A DNA stretch of 63,409 nt, filler included, from Olpidium bornovanus S191 (lineage: Eukaryota; Fungi; Olpidiomycota), in NCBI GenBank assembly GCA_017911155.1. It is 26 parts of 26 records of this genome, joined end to end, with 100 filler letters (N's around TTAATTAATTAA, not from the genome) between each part and the next. Parts side by side here need not be neighbours in the genome. Positions count along the whole stretch, not along the records: positions 22,777 to 24,238 come from JAEFCI010008153.1; positions 24,339 to 25,725 come from JAEFCI010010015.1; positions 25,826 to 26,943 come from JAEFCI010003771.1; positions 27,044 to 28,727 come from JAEFCI010001517.1; positions 28,828 to 34,112 come from JAEFCI010004828.1; positions 34,213 to 35,333 come from JAEFCI010001500.1; 20 more parts are not named here. One strand, 5' to 3'. Positions 22,777 through 35,433 of the stretch are shown piece after piece. Under the pieces are notes generated by a model. That model was given only the letters and a program-made list of their open reading frames with translations. It had not been told where the DNA came from and did no database searches. A program made the translations under genes and the position numbers. Within the stretch, counting starts at the first letter, position 1. Every line of letters starts with the position of its first letter.

Positions 22777-24041
22777 GGGGGACAAACAATTGCGCACGTC
22801 TTCGGAGTAGGCATCCGACGGCAAAGGCGGATATTCGAGCAGTTCGATCTTCTGGATCAGCGAGAACAGGGTCATCTTTTCCCCGTAGAAGGGACTCCGC
22901 AGGGCGGCGAGCTCGTAGAGGACGCAGCCGAGCGACCAGATGTCAGACTTGAAGTCGTAGTTACTTTCGTGGATCCGTTCTGGCGACATATAGTACGGCG
23001 TACCGACTACCCGCGAAAAAGAAAAAACCCCCCGGGCGGCTTTTTCGGTTGGCGCATGGCTTTCGTGCGAACTCATCCCTTCCTCCCCCCCCCCCCACCT
23101 AAAGAATGCGCAGCCTTGGTCATCGAGCTGAACAACCTCCCCAAGCCGAGGTCGCCAAGCTTTACGACGCCTTGGGCATTGATGAACACGTTGGCCTGAT
23201 AAAGAGGATAGATTTCGGGGCAACCGGCGGGGGGTTGTGGTTGGGGTTGGAAAGGCGGGTTGGGGGAAAAGGGGAAAGGTCCCGCGGCGGACCGTCAGCG
23301 GGCTCGTAAAACAAAATTCCAAGGCGGGGTTGCCCCGGGGGTCTGTTTGCCCGCAAGTTGTCCCGGCCCGAGGTCCCCGTACAGGCTTTATGTCTCTGTG
23401 CATAATTCTCCTCTCGTGCATGTGTTTCAGGCCTCGACAGATCTGCTCGAAATAGTTCCAGACCGCCGCCTCCGGGATCAGCTGTTTCCGATTGCGGTAG
23501 TCTTGGACCAGGCGCGCGAGGTCGCCGGCTTCCGCCATCTCAAGCACGATGAGCAGCTCGTTCTTCTCGACGAACGACGCGAGGCAGGATATCACGTTCG
23601 GATGATCTAGCGTCTTTTGATGACGGGGAGAAGCGGGATCAGGGTGGAGGGCATGTGGGTCTCCAACCCCCTCTCCGGATCATCGTCCCCTCAGTCCCGA
23701 TCAGCAGGGACGGCGGGGGGTCCGGTTTCGTCCGCCAGCCGCAGACATCCGTTCTCCCGGTCCCATCATCTGACCCCCTTCCCCCCCTTTCCGCTCACGG
23801 TCAACAGGTCGATCTCGCGCAGGCAATCGCTCCTCGTCTTCTCGTCGACCAAGTCATAAAGGTGGACCCGCTTGAGCGCCACGGCGGGGCCGTCCTTGCC
23901 GATGCGGGCGCGGTAGACGACGGAGAACTGGCCCTTGCCGATCTTCTTCTCCACGGTGTAGCCGGACAGCGCCGTCGGCACCTGCAGCCGGGCGCCGGAC
24001 GGCGGGGGGCGAGTCGGGGGGGACTGCAATGGGGCGGCCAT
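22777..24041 (-). CDS. NIMA-related kinase NEK6/NEK7-like, 3' partial
   Basis: [54 protein letters not shown]|[45 protein letters not shown]. Confidence 0.93.
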
Positions 24042-25483
24042 CGGGGGGGGGGGGGGGGGGGGGGGTGTGGGGGGGGGAGGGGGGGGGGGGGGCGGTTAGC
24101 CAGGCGGTTGGCGGGTTAAATTGGGCGCTGTGGACCAACGGGGAAGGCGTACGCCCGCCCATCACTTCATCAACTCCCCGCGCGCAAAACGCGCGTAAAC
24201 AAACACCCCGCCGCCGTCCGTCCGTCCGTCCCCCCCCCNNNNNNNNNNNNNNNNNNNNNNNNNNNNNNNNNNNNNNNNNNNNTTAATTAATTAANNNNNN
24301 NNNNNNNNNNNNNNNNNNNNNNNNNNNNNNNNNNNNNNCGGTGAGGTTGAGTTCCTTTGTGTGTGTGCATAGGTGGTGGCGGTTGAAGTTAAGTGGTGTG
24401 CCTGTAGCCGGGTAGTGTGTGCGCACAACACAAACCACAGCTTTCACCGAGCAACATGCATGGGCATTCAATTTTCACAGCAGACAGCTCTCAGCCGCAC
24501 CTCGTTCAGCTGCTACAAGCAGAAGGCACCTTTCCGGGTTCCAAGATTCAAACGTTTTCCCAGCGCGGCGATTGATACTGCATCCCGCCCGTGCCGTCCG
24601 GTGCACCGTACTCTCCGAGCGCTCGCTTCGATCGCTCGCAGCAGAGCCGCCGAAAACGCACGTCGTGGGGCTTGGCCCCACGTCCCCCCCCCCACACACA
24701 CACACACACAGGCAGTGCGGGCAGATTGTGACGGCAAAAATTTGCCTGCGCTCTTTATACAGCACAGAAAGCAGAAAAAAAGAACGTCCGCTACTGTCAC
24801 CCCAGCCGTCGAGCAGTAGTGCGCCGTGACGGCCTGCCAGCTGGGTTTGGCGTCAAATCGCGGCTCTCTTGGCCGGGACAACTGCTCCACCGCCGGGTTT
24901 CCTCGCGTAACGTGACCGCCAAAGCTGCCCATTTTGCTCTCTCTCCCGGCCTCCTCCCCACCCCCCCCCTCCTGGCCTCATCCTCACCCTCCCGGCGCGT
25001 CGGCCAGATCACCTTGGAGAATACGCCCCGTGGTCCGGTTCGTAGGAAACGGGATCCAAAACCCGGGGGGGGGGGGGGGGGGGGGGGGTGCCGCCGTCCA
25101 CAAAGGCAACTCGGGTGCTACCGAGCTTGCTGCTCTGCGGTGCCTCGCCGGCCAAATTACCAGTGGCCATCGGTTCCAGACTATCCAGCTACGGGGGGGG
25201 GATTCGAAATCCGAAGTCCTGAAAAACGCGACCCCGCAAATCCTGCGGACGCCAAACGGCCCCCGGACTCCCCAACCTGAAGGCTCGAAGCCGATGGGGC
25301 CACCTTCCCCCTCCGGGTTCGACGGGCGAAACCAGCACGGGTCCTTTCTGCCCATAGCCCCAATCGCAGTAGAATTTCGGTTCTTCGGCAAAGGGCGGCA
25401 AATCAACAGGAAGGTTCGTTCTGCAAGGCAACCAGCAACGCCGAAGGTGAATTACAAAGAACTCACCTCTTGGAAACTACGTG

Positions 25484-25725
25484 TTACCGAATTGTGCTTT
25501 TCGACACCTCGACTTCCACGTCCGAGTCCGAGAGCTCCCTGTCCTGTATCTTCGCGGTATCACGAACGGCCACCGGCTGCCTCCGCGGGGGGATCCAGAA
25601 TTGCCAGACGGCATAGGCGACGAGCGACGAGAGAAACACCGCCCAGAACACGAGCACCTCGGGCGGTGCGGGTTGGGTGAACTCGCCCCTTCCGAACTTG
25701 AATATGATTAGCGTCTCGGTCATGA
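25484..25725 (-). CDS. Base-exchange phosphatidylserine synthase (PTDSS/PSS-like), C-terminal fragment
   Basis: TETLIIFKFGRGEFTQPAPPEVLVFWAVFLSSLVAYAVWQFW resembles the PSS C-terminus (E.LI.IKFG.G.f..P.P...W). Only about 80 aa are visible. Confidence 0.5.
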
Positions 25726-26186
25726 NNNNNNNNNNNNNNNNNNNNNNNNNNNNNNNNNNNNNNNNNNNNTTAATTAATTAANNNNNNNNNNNNNNNNNNN
25801 NNNNNNNNNNNNNNNNNNNNNNNNNCATGCATCCCCCTCCCACACACGCGCCCTCTCCCCCTCCCCCTGTCCTAAGGCATCTCGCCGCACATCTCTGCAC
25901 GGCATCACTGAAGAGAAAACGAGCGAGCGGGTCACGGGGTCCCGTGAACCATTGCACGGTCGGCCCGCTTTAGCGTCAAATCGGACTTACTAGAAAGGAG
26001 TGAGCTCGGTATTCCTTGCCTGGCCTGTGACGAAATTGTGGGAGTGGTACAGAAAGCAGGCGAGGTGTGCGTAGGGGTACTCCAAAAACTACTACGAGAG
26101 CCGCAGCTGGCAATGATGCGGGATGCGCACCAGGCACACGGACTTTGTAGAGGGCCTAGCCCCCGAGATATTCGTTACGCCGGTCA

Positions 26187-26943
26187 TCACTCACGAGGGC
26201 CTCGTCTAACAACCACGGGAAGGCTTTTCGAGGACGTCATACGCTGGATACTGGCCGTGCTGCCGGTCCCGCGCTGATTGCTGCGGCCGGAGGAGGTGCG
26301 GCGATTCTTCACTAAGTTCGGGTGAGGGTCTCGCACAAGTTTAAAGCCACGATGATGCCAGTAACTCAAAACAAGCCGAAATTTACTAACTATATTACAA
26401 TTCGTCTCTTGCGGGCGCCGCACCTTCCTTCCGATGGTGCAAGGAACCTTCACCTTCCTGCTCCTCATTATCCTCGTCTTCCTCCGTCTCCGCCTCCGTC
26501 CCCGATCGCCTCATTTCCGCGCCGGCATCGTACACTACGCGGAAAGAACGCTCCAATTTCTCGAGATGCGAAGCGGGTTTGGGTTTTGGTTTCGAGCTGG
26601 TAGGAGAACCGCGAACTCGCGACCTCTGCATCTCGCCGGTAACGCGGGAAACGACGTCTTCGAGGTCAAAGAAGAGCTCGCTAAGAGCGGGCAGTCCACG
26701 TCTCCCTTCCTCGCCTTTGTCGGAGGCCGGCCGCCCCGCGGTGGCGCCGCTTTCCTCCCGCTGCGGGGAGGAAGCGTGTAAACCGCTGCGCTCTGGAGCG
26801 AGGTAGTTCTCGACGATGAAGTTGCCCGTGAGCGGGTCGCGGCGCAGACTCACCGCCTTCCAGTCAACGGCCGGCTTCATTTCGTGCATTCCCTTCCCCT
26901 CATCCTCCTCAGCGTCCGCGGCAGCCCGCTGGTGTTGGCCATG
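26187..26943 (-). CDS. Hypothetical protein fragment
   Basis: GC3-rich ORF 26395..26889 (VDWKAVSLRRDPLTGNFIVENY..LSELFFDLEDVV); no family recognised. Confidence 0.3.
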
Positions 26944-27043
26944 NNNNNNNNNNNNNNNNNNNNNNNNNNNNNNNNNNNNNNNNNNNNTTAATTAATTAAN
27001 NNNNNNNNNNNNNNNNNNNNNNNNNNNNNNNNNNNNNNNNNNN

Positions 27044-28457
27044 CCATGATTTTGTGCCGCCGCCCGATCTCCATCAGCAAAAGGTAGAAGCGTTCGTTCG
27101 CCTCGAAATCCCGATCAGCAAAGAGCTCTTGGCCGTACTTGTAGTCGCTGTAAGATATGAACAATCAGCAACGAGTGCTACCGGCGGCCGACCCAAACGA
27201 ACGGCGCGCGTTATCTCTAACCTGGCAACGACCAGCCCGGAAATGATGGCGCAGAGCTCCTTTATTTGAGCGATTATGCGCTTCGTTCTATTTCGATATG
27301 AAATGCAGTCCACCTGCAATAGGTCGCATGAGCAGCAGGCAACGAGAGGCGGAAACCCTGTGATTTCGCCTGACACGAAGGGGACCACGCACCACGTCAG
27401 TGTACTCGCTGACATTGAGCGCCGCTTCCAGCAACCGTAACTGTTTCCGTTCCGTATGAGACTGGACGGAAGATTCCATGAAAAATATAAAAGAATCAGG
27501 CACGACTCGCCAACATCAAGTTTTTTTTTTGAAATGTCACGACAGGCCGCGTACCAATCTGATAGGAATATACTGCGCAACAGTCGTAAAATGTCAGCTT
27601 ACACACACAGTTTACGCGGACAGACGTGGACTGCGTTGCGCTCGGAGCCCACCTTCGCTCGTTCGCTTATCCAGTCGCCGAACCGCGGCCCTGCCGATGT
27701 CTCCATATGGACGGCACCGGTGGGTTCGGTCACCGCGTCGTCTGCCGAGGTCTGTCCAGTGAAACAGTTCCTTCGCCGTTAGAGCCGTCACGTGACTTGC
27801 GAGCGGTAGGCCGTCCGGCCCGGGCGAGTGCACGTGTCAAGCGAGACACAAAGCCCGCTTTGGCTCACCACGCACGGCCGCTTACCTCCAGGTCCTGCAG
27901 CTCTTTGCCTGGCGAGCTGGATCGAAGTCGGGGGCACCGCTTTCCAGTTGGGGCTGGGGCTGTGGTGCCGCGCAGCCGCCGGGTCTCGTGGCGGGAACGC
28001 GTCCCTTTCCGGTGCAGTGATGCAAAACACATATCGCAAAACGGCTCCCCGCACACAGAGCAGTGGACGTCGGCCTGCAGGTTCAATGAACGAGCGGGGG
28101 GACGCGGCGCAATGGTCAAGCGTCGGGGGCCAACCGTCGCCGTCGAGCGGGTCTGACGGCGGGCTAGGCCGCCCGGAATGCGCCTCACAGGGGCCCCGGG
28201 AGCAAATCTACCTGCTGGTCTTCGCACTCCACACAGAAGCCGTCCTTCGGCGCGGCGTCAGCGCCGGTCGGACGCTTCCGGTGCGCATGCAGCTCCTCAC
28301 CGCGGCGGCGGCGGCCGTCGTCATCCTCGCCGCCGTCGTCAATAGGGTCGTCCTCGGTGGCGTCGGCGTCGGCGTCGTCGTCGGGGCGAAAGGCACCGTC
28401 GTCATCATCGCCGTCTTCGTCGCCGCGGAGAATGGCGTCCAGCGTCAGGCCCCGCAT
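27044..28457 (-). CDS. UPF0652/DUF2009 family protein with N-terminal B-box-like zinc finger, 3' partial
   Basis: FCVECEDQ|QADVHCSVCGEPFCDMCFASLHRKGTRSRH, ERKQLRLLEAALNVSEYTD, RIIAQIKELCAIISGLVVA, DYKYGQELF..F..L.MEIGRRHKIM. Confidence 0.8.
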
Positions 28458-28614
28458 ATCCGCGGCCGGCGGGTGGGCGACAGGCGGCGCAGCTGGTGTG
28501 GATCCGTTGTGTTCCGGCCGTTCCCAGATTGTCTGTTGGCCGCCGAAGGACCTTCACGGCTCCCTTCCCTCCCAGGTTTGCGGCCGCCGCTCCCAGCGGA
28601 AAAGGAAGAGAAAG

Positions 28615-28659
<45 letters not shown>

Positions 28660-28827
28660 CCCCCCCCCCCCCCCCCACCCCCCCCCCCCCACACACCCCC
28701 CCCCCCCCCCCCCCCGCCCCCCCACCGNNNNNNNNNNNNNNNNNNNNNNNNNNNNNNNNNNNNNNNNNNNNTTAATTAATTAANNNNNNNNNNNNNNNNN
28801 NNNNNNNNNNNNNNNNNNNNNNNNNNN

Positions 28828-30757
28828 CATGCCCTCCATCCTCTTGCACGTGCCAAATGTGCCTTCTGGAGATTCCTTGACCAGACTCAGCATCTGCTTC
28901 ACGAACTCGGCATCGTGTATCGGCCCGTTCCAAACCGGTCCGGCAATCTAGCAACCGCCGGCAGATAATATTGCTCAAACTCACCGCTATTACGAGCAAA
29001 CCCGGGAAAGAATATGAACGCGACAAAAATGAAACGCGCAGTAAGCAACTGACGTGAAAGCCCTTGCCGCAGTGCTCGCACTGCCTATCTACCGGCGGCG
29101 CAAGATGCGACGAGAAATTAAACCCATTGCCCGAGGGCAAGGGCGTCTTCTTGCAAAGAGGATTGAGCGTAAATGATCTGCACCCGTGGCACACGTATAC
29201 CATGGAAAGATTGCTGGTCGCATAGGCGCAGCCAAGTTGGGCCAGAATGTAACATATTATCCAGTATGTCAACATACATTTCATATCCTCCATTCTGGCC
29301 GCGAGAGCCAGTGAAAGAAATAACAACCTAGCTGCCTTCTTGACTTCCCCCGCGGAATCGAATACTCTAACAAATAACCGGACGTAGAAGTCGATGCTGC
29401 AGGACAGCAGCGGCACAATGCACCTCTTGTACCTTGCTGCTGACGTTTGCAAGGTGTTTAAAACAATCCGCAGGGCCTAGGAACGTGAATGGAAACAGAC
29501 AGTGAGCGTACGGAAAACAAAAGCAAAACAGACCCCAAACCCACGCAGGAATACTTGTGTTATTGATGCGTACCATCTCGTGGCAAGCCTCCGTCTTTGC
29601 CGTCATAGAGCCGTACTTTGCGAAACTGACGGAGATTCTGGAGGAATTAAATCGCCGGCGTTCGCTTGCAAGAGGAATCGGCCTGCCGGTGAAAATCGAA
29701 CGTACCAGGTTTCCCTGTGCTGATTGCCTGCGAGGACGCCCAAGTCCGTGCAGGTCACGCATAGCAACCCGCCATTCGCGACCGACTGCACCGCGCCGTC
29801 GATGAACTGCGAGGCCGAGCCGTACGGGTCGAGGTCCACGACGTCGAATCGCTTGTCAACGTTGCGGTGGGCGTACATGACGTCCCTGCGTTGCACGAAT
29901 CGTCCGGACCAAATATTGCGCCCGTTCACGACTTCTCAGAACAAGCAAGCTGAGCAGTGGGGTTTTCGGCGCACGATAGCCCGGGGGTGGGGGGAGGGCC
30001 TCAACGTACATCGCGTCGCCGCTGTTCGGCACGACCAGTCCCGGCGGCAGTTTGTTATGCTCAACGTTACGTTTGATAGATTCCACCGCCTCCGCTACCA
30101 AGTCGTTGGCGAGGATTTCGTCGACGCCCGAGATTTCCTTCGCGTACCGGACAGAACGGAGCCCGGAAGCAGATAGAGCCTCCAGGATCTTGAATCGGAG
30201 TCTCGGCGGTGGCCTTGAATCGGGCGCGGCGGCGGACTGCGGCGGCGTTGAATCGATTGCAAGGGCCGACTTCAGCGGTTCCGCGCCCGCTGCTGTTGTC
30301 CCCTCCTCTGCTTCTGCCTTCGCTTCCACTCTGCCGAGTTGATTCCCCTCCTTTGCTTCTGCCTTCGCTTCCACTCTGCCGGCTTAATTCCGAACGGCCG
30401 ACAAAAGAACCCCAATTTGACACAATCACAAACCGGCCCGAAAATGCGAGGGCTGACGGCAGGGGCGGACGAAAACGCGGAGGGGGCGGGCGGGGGGAGA
30501 AGAAGGGAGCAACGCGGATTTCCGCGTGCGTGGGTGTGCTGCTCACCGGCCGCAGGCATCTTGTACGCCCGGTGCTTGGCCCTCTTCTCCTCAACTTCTT
30601 GCCGGCGCAGCTTGTCCCAGGTGCGGATCGCGGCGATCGACATGTCGCGGTTGAACTCCTGCACCGGGTTATAGAACACCTCGTTTCCCTTAGGGAAAAG
30701 GATTGTCGCCTTCCCCTCGGTTATTTCGACGTAGCCGTCGACGTCCATCGTCTCCAC
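28828..30757 (-). CDS. TRM1: tRNA (guanine26-N2)-dimethyltransferase Trm1, 3' partial
   Basis: [88 protein letters not shown]. Confidence 0.97.
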
Positions 30758-31885
30758 CCGTCGTTGTCGTCCGCAGTCCGCGGCCGGTGTCTAAAATGTG
30801 CCCGCCGTCAAGATTGCAACCGCGGGCGGAAAGCGGCGAGGTCGGTGGCGTAGGTCGTCCCGTAGCGGAGGGCGGGCAACGAGGCGGCGGCGGCGGCGGC
30901 GGCGGCGCGAGGGCGGGCGGGCGCGAGGGCGGGCGGACGGGCGGACGGGCGGACGGGCCGATGGACCGGAAACAAGCGGAGGGTTGTGGGTGAACCCGCA
31001 GAAAAAACAGGGCACGGGCGCAGGACGGAAAGGTTCTTGTTTTTCTTTTCTCTTTTTTTTTTCTTTGATTTTGAGGGGAGAAGGAGGAGGAGGCACGCCG
31101 CCGGCACACACGCGGGGGTGGAAAGGCAGGCGCGCGACGCTCATGCTACAAAGTGCCATCGTTGATTGTCTGAGACCGCCACAAACTCCAGCGGCTTGCT
31201 GAGACGGGGAGGAACGCGAGCGAGCGACGCAAGCCTTTCGTCGCAGTGCATACGGTACGACGCCGGCGGGTGTGACAAAAGTCGATTGAGCCAGCAACGT
31301 GTGCGGTCTGCAGATGAGTGTCGGGGCGTGGCAGTTATCGACTGCGTGGTCGACGGGCGGCGCGTCGATGGCGCGCTAACGGCAGACGGTTACGACGTCG
31401 AAAGGAGTTGTTTGCCCGTCAAAACGGAGTTTTCTGGTATGCACACAGTGAGATTACCAGACGGCAACGACGCATCGCCCTTTCCGCCGGGCGACGGGCA
31501 AAACAGAGCCAGCCGCGCTCTGGCGGTTTAGCAGCCTCCGGGGCGGGGCTGCACCGGGGTTGCCTGTGCACGGGGAAATCTCTTTCCCGAGGCGCGTTTG
31601 TTTAGTGCGCATAATCGTCGCCTTGCCGCCCCCGCCTCGCCTGCGCTTGGATTTCCCGAGGACTGCTGCTGTTCGGGGAAAAGGCGCGACCCCGGCGGAG
31701 TGAGCGATTGGCCCGCCCCCGCTTCTGTGAAGGGTCACCCGTAACGCGGTCGTCGAACGCGACCTCGCCTTCTCCTGTGCCTCTCTGCATTCCACGGACC
31801 CGACTTTTCCCCGGCCGGGAAAGTGGGGAAGAAGGAGAGGGGGCGGGGCAGGGGCGGGAACGCACGCAAATCTCCAAGTCCTGAT

Positions 31886-33350
31886 ATGCCGACGCTTTCC
31901 GAGTTTTCGGACGCCGACGTGCCGCTGCGCGAGGTGACGTCGTTCCTGGACGTCACCGGACGCCCGGTGGCCGCAGACAGGCCGTACGCGTGGTCAAACA
32001 CGGTCAGGTGCGCTGTCCGTGGGGGGACGTGCCGCGCGCAGGACGCTCGGCCCGAGCGTCAAAGCGGGAACCATGGGATTCGAGCCTGATCGAGCACAGC
32101 CGCCCGCTGCAGGACCGTGGACGGGATCATAGCCTTTGCAGAGGAAGGGTCCGCGTCGAGCGACGTCGCCCTGAAGCACGTTCCGGGAGTCGGCCGTGGC
32201 GCCGCCGCCGACTGGAGGCTGGTGGCGGCCGGCTGGTCCAACGCGGACGCGGTGCTGGTCTCCGGCGCGATCCTGAGAGACGAAAACGCCGATGGCTGGG
32301 TAGTAAGGTCCGCCTCTCCTGCGCGTCGCGCGGCAAACCGGGCGATCTTGCGGTCGCACCCGGCGCGGCAAGCTGATCGCCCCTTCCGTTTAACCCGCCC
32401 GGTGCAAACCCGCTCTCCCGCCTGGCCTCCCGCGCGCCGACCTTGCTGGCAAAAACCTCTTTTTTCTTTGTCTTTTTTATTTATTTTTTTTCTTTCTTTC
32501 TTTTGGCAACGCTTTGCAGTGACCCCGATCTCCTAGAACATCGCAAGTCCGTCCTGCGCCGCAGCCGCGAGCAGCCAGTCCAGGCAGTCCTATCGCGGAA
32601 TTGCGAATTCGATTTCGGCCTTCCAGTGTTCAGGAGGGAGGACGTGGACGTGGTCGTGCTGACGTCGAAAGAGGGCAGGCGACGGGGCGAGGAGCGAGCG
32701 GCGCGCGCCCTCGGCGGTTCCGTGCCCCGCCGACTGCGGTTCGTGGAGTTCGTCGAGGGCGCCACGGGCATCGACCTGCGCCGCGCGTTCGAGTACCTGA
32801 GGAAAGTGCTCGGCGTCGAGGTGCGGTTTGGCGCCGCCCCCCACCCGCCCCCCTCGACACGTGACGCGTGGCACCGCGGGGAGGTTGCAGTGCGACAAAA
32901 GAAAGGAAAGAAACAAAATTTGCGCTCATGCGGCCGCACGAAAGGGCGTCCTCCGCCCCCGACACCCCACCCGGAGAAGAGAAACATCCGCTTGCTTTTG
33001 CCCGCCGTCCGTCCGTGCGCCTAACATCCCCCTCCTCACCTCCGCCCGCTCCCCTCCCCTTCTCCCTTCCCCGGACTTCTGCCCAGTATCTCGACGTGGC
33101 CTGCGGCGGTTCGGTACTCCGCCAGCTGATCGACCTCAAGCTGCTCGACGAGCTGAGGTGCACCGTGTCCGGCGCTTTCGCAGGCTCGCTCAGCTCCTCG
33201 GGACAACCGCGCCCCACGCAGTTCGCGGAGGACGACGAGCGGCACAGGCGGTTTTCCAAAGACGATTGTCCTCTTGTTCGCTGGATTGGCATCAGGACCC
33301 TCGGCGAACATCACATATTCCTCAGGGGCGAGTGGATGTACCGACATTAG
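31886..33350 (+). CDS. RibD C-terminal (DHFR-fold reductase) domain protein
   Basis: RPYAWSNTV|RTVDGIIAF, ADWRLVAAGWSNADAVLVSGAILRDE, QPVQAVLSR, GIDLRRAFEYLRKVLGVE|YLDVACGGSVLRQLIDLKLLDELRCTVS; three GT-AG introns. Confidence 0.75.
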
Positions 33351-34339
33351 AAAGATTTGCATTCGTTTTTCTACATTGTTTCCCGTTGTCTTTTGCTTTA
33401 ACGGGAGAAGAAGGGGTGGATGGGCGGGGGAAAAAAAACCTTTCGCAGTTGTTCTTGAGGGCTGCCGCTGCGCGGAACGCGGCCGTTCAGAAAGAACACG
33501 ATGCTTGTCAGCTGGCTTCGGTGAGCGCACGTGAGCGAGGGGTGCGAAGGGAGCGGGGATGTGGGAACGTAGAAGGGGCCTCGGTCCTGCTGCAGAACTA
33601 GTGAAAAGACGAACCCGGACGGATCACAACTGGGAGTTATGCGTTAAAGGAGGGGGGAGGGATTCGTTTTTTTTTTTTTTTTCTGCCTACGGGGTTGTCA
33701 TCGGACCGCGAGCGGGAAAACGGACCGAAAAAATGAAAAAAATAGAATAAAAAAAGGAAAAGGAAAGAAGGCGGACCTTGAGCGGGTAGAAAGACACGCC
33801 CCCCTCCCCCCCCCCACGCCTCACCATCACGCTCTATCTCTCTTTTTTTATCCACCACGGTCCTGAGCACCGAGTCCGAGCACCTGAGCACCGAGATCTA
33901 TGTCGAACACCCGGAGGATTTTGTCAATCGCAAACGGCCCACAGCCCAATGATGTAGTAAGGCTTGCGACTGAAGTACCCCTCAGCACCCGGAATCGCAG
34001 GTCATTCGATTGCGATATGGGACCCGTCGATGACACCGCAGCAGTTGGGGATCTTGCCTTGGATCTCAAACGACTGGGAGATTTCACACAATCTTGCTGT
34101 GGAGGGCCATGCNNNNNNNNNNNNNNNNNNNNNNNNNNNNNNNNNNNNNNNNNNNNTTAATTAATTAANNNNNNNNNNNNNNNNNNNNNNNNNNNNNNNN
34201 NNNNNNNNNNNNCATGGACAAGGAACATTTAGACCTCAACAAAATCCACAAATGGCAAGGGCCCCACCGAAGCTTTTTAGCCCTGTCGCATTTCGCTCGT
34301 CACGCACGGAAAACGCGAAAGAGTTTCGTTGCTGACGAG

Positions 34340-34864
34340 TTGGTGCTCCAATACGCCGGCGGAAACCGTTCCCGCGACTCCTAACGAAACAGTCACACCA
34401 ACGCTTTCGTCCGCGACTATAACACGGCGATGGGCGTTGTGGCAAACATGTACCTGGAGAGCCTCGTTGGCGGCGTCGACAAGGCGGCCTGCGCGGCCGC
34501 GGCGAACGCGGCCGAAGGCAAGTTTTCGCCGTGGTGCGCGGACGTAAAGGGCGACCTTAAGAAAGCTTTCCGGTTCTGGGATCAGGTGAGGCGTCAAGGT
34601 GTTTTTCCGACGTCGTTTGCCGATCGTGGTGGCCGGCGTGGATGGTGCAAAGTCCTGGGAAAAACGGGGAACGGCCGCGTTTGTCCTGGCGCAAACGGAG
34701 AGAGGGCTGGGGACTGATTGCCGCTCCGTCTTCCGGACGCTGGGCGACTCGGGCAGATCGTGCAGTCCATCAACACTCTCAAGACCGAAAAGGCCGTGAC
34801 CGATGAGCTGGCCCAGGAGTTCAAGTCTGCCGACCGATGGTTGGCTTCCCGTCGAGCGTTCTGA
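34340..34864 (+). CDS. MKT1: Mkt1-like post-transcriptional regulator, C-terminal fragment
   Basis: FVRDYNTAMGVVANMYLESL..DVKGDLKKAFRFWDQ|..FKSADRWLASRRAF* matches the fungal Mkt1 C-terminus pattern. Confidence 0.7.
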
Positions 34865-35253
34865 GCGGCCTTTGCATTCTGATTTTGGTAGATTCTCCCT
34901 TTTTTTTTTTTTTTTTTTTTTCTCGCTTTGGTTTCCAGTTCACGTTTCCATCCCCCCTTTTCCCGGCTGAGCCGGTACACCGTCTTTTCACGCTCAACTC
35001 CCGGTCCCGCGCTCCTTTTTTTTTCAGGCTTTTATGTGCGATCCTCAAGGTCTCACCCGGTAATGTTTTCTACCGGTTCGTTTTACCCACCCCCTCCCCT
35101 CCCCCCCACCCCCACCCTCTCCTTCCCATAGCAACTTTCGCAATTCGCACGTAAACGCCCGTCGGTACAAATTCTTAATATATAAGCGTCCAAAAAAAAG
35201 CAAAAAAAAAAACGATGGATCCTTTTCTATGGCGAGCGGGCCGATTCGGCTGC

Positions 35254-35300
<47 letters not shown>

Positions 35301-35433
35301 GGGACGTCCCTTGTCGGGGGCGCCCCCCTCCCCNNNNNNNNNNNNNNNNNNNNNNNNNNNNNNNNNNNNNNNNNNNNTTAATTAATTAANNNNNNNNNNN
35401 NNNNNNNNNNNNNNNNNNNNNNNNNNNNNNNNN

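Noticed and set aside
34340-34864. Mkt1 as part of an antiviral or proviral system linked to the RNAP relic
   Set aside because: Mkt1 is a conserved fungal gene on an unrelated contig, and its known viral role concerns yeast dsRNA satellites.
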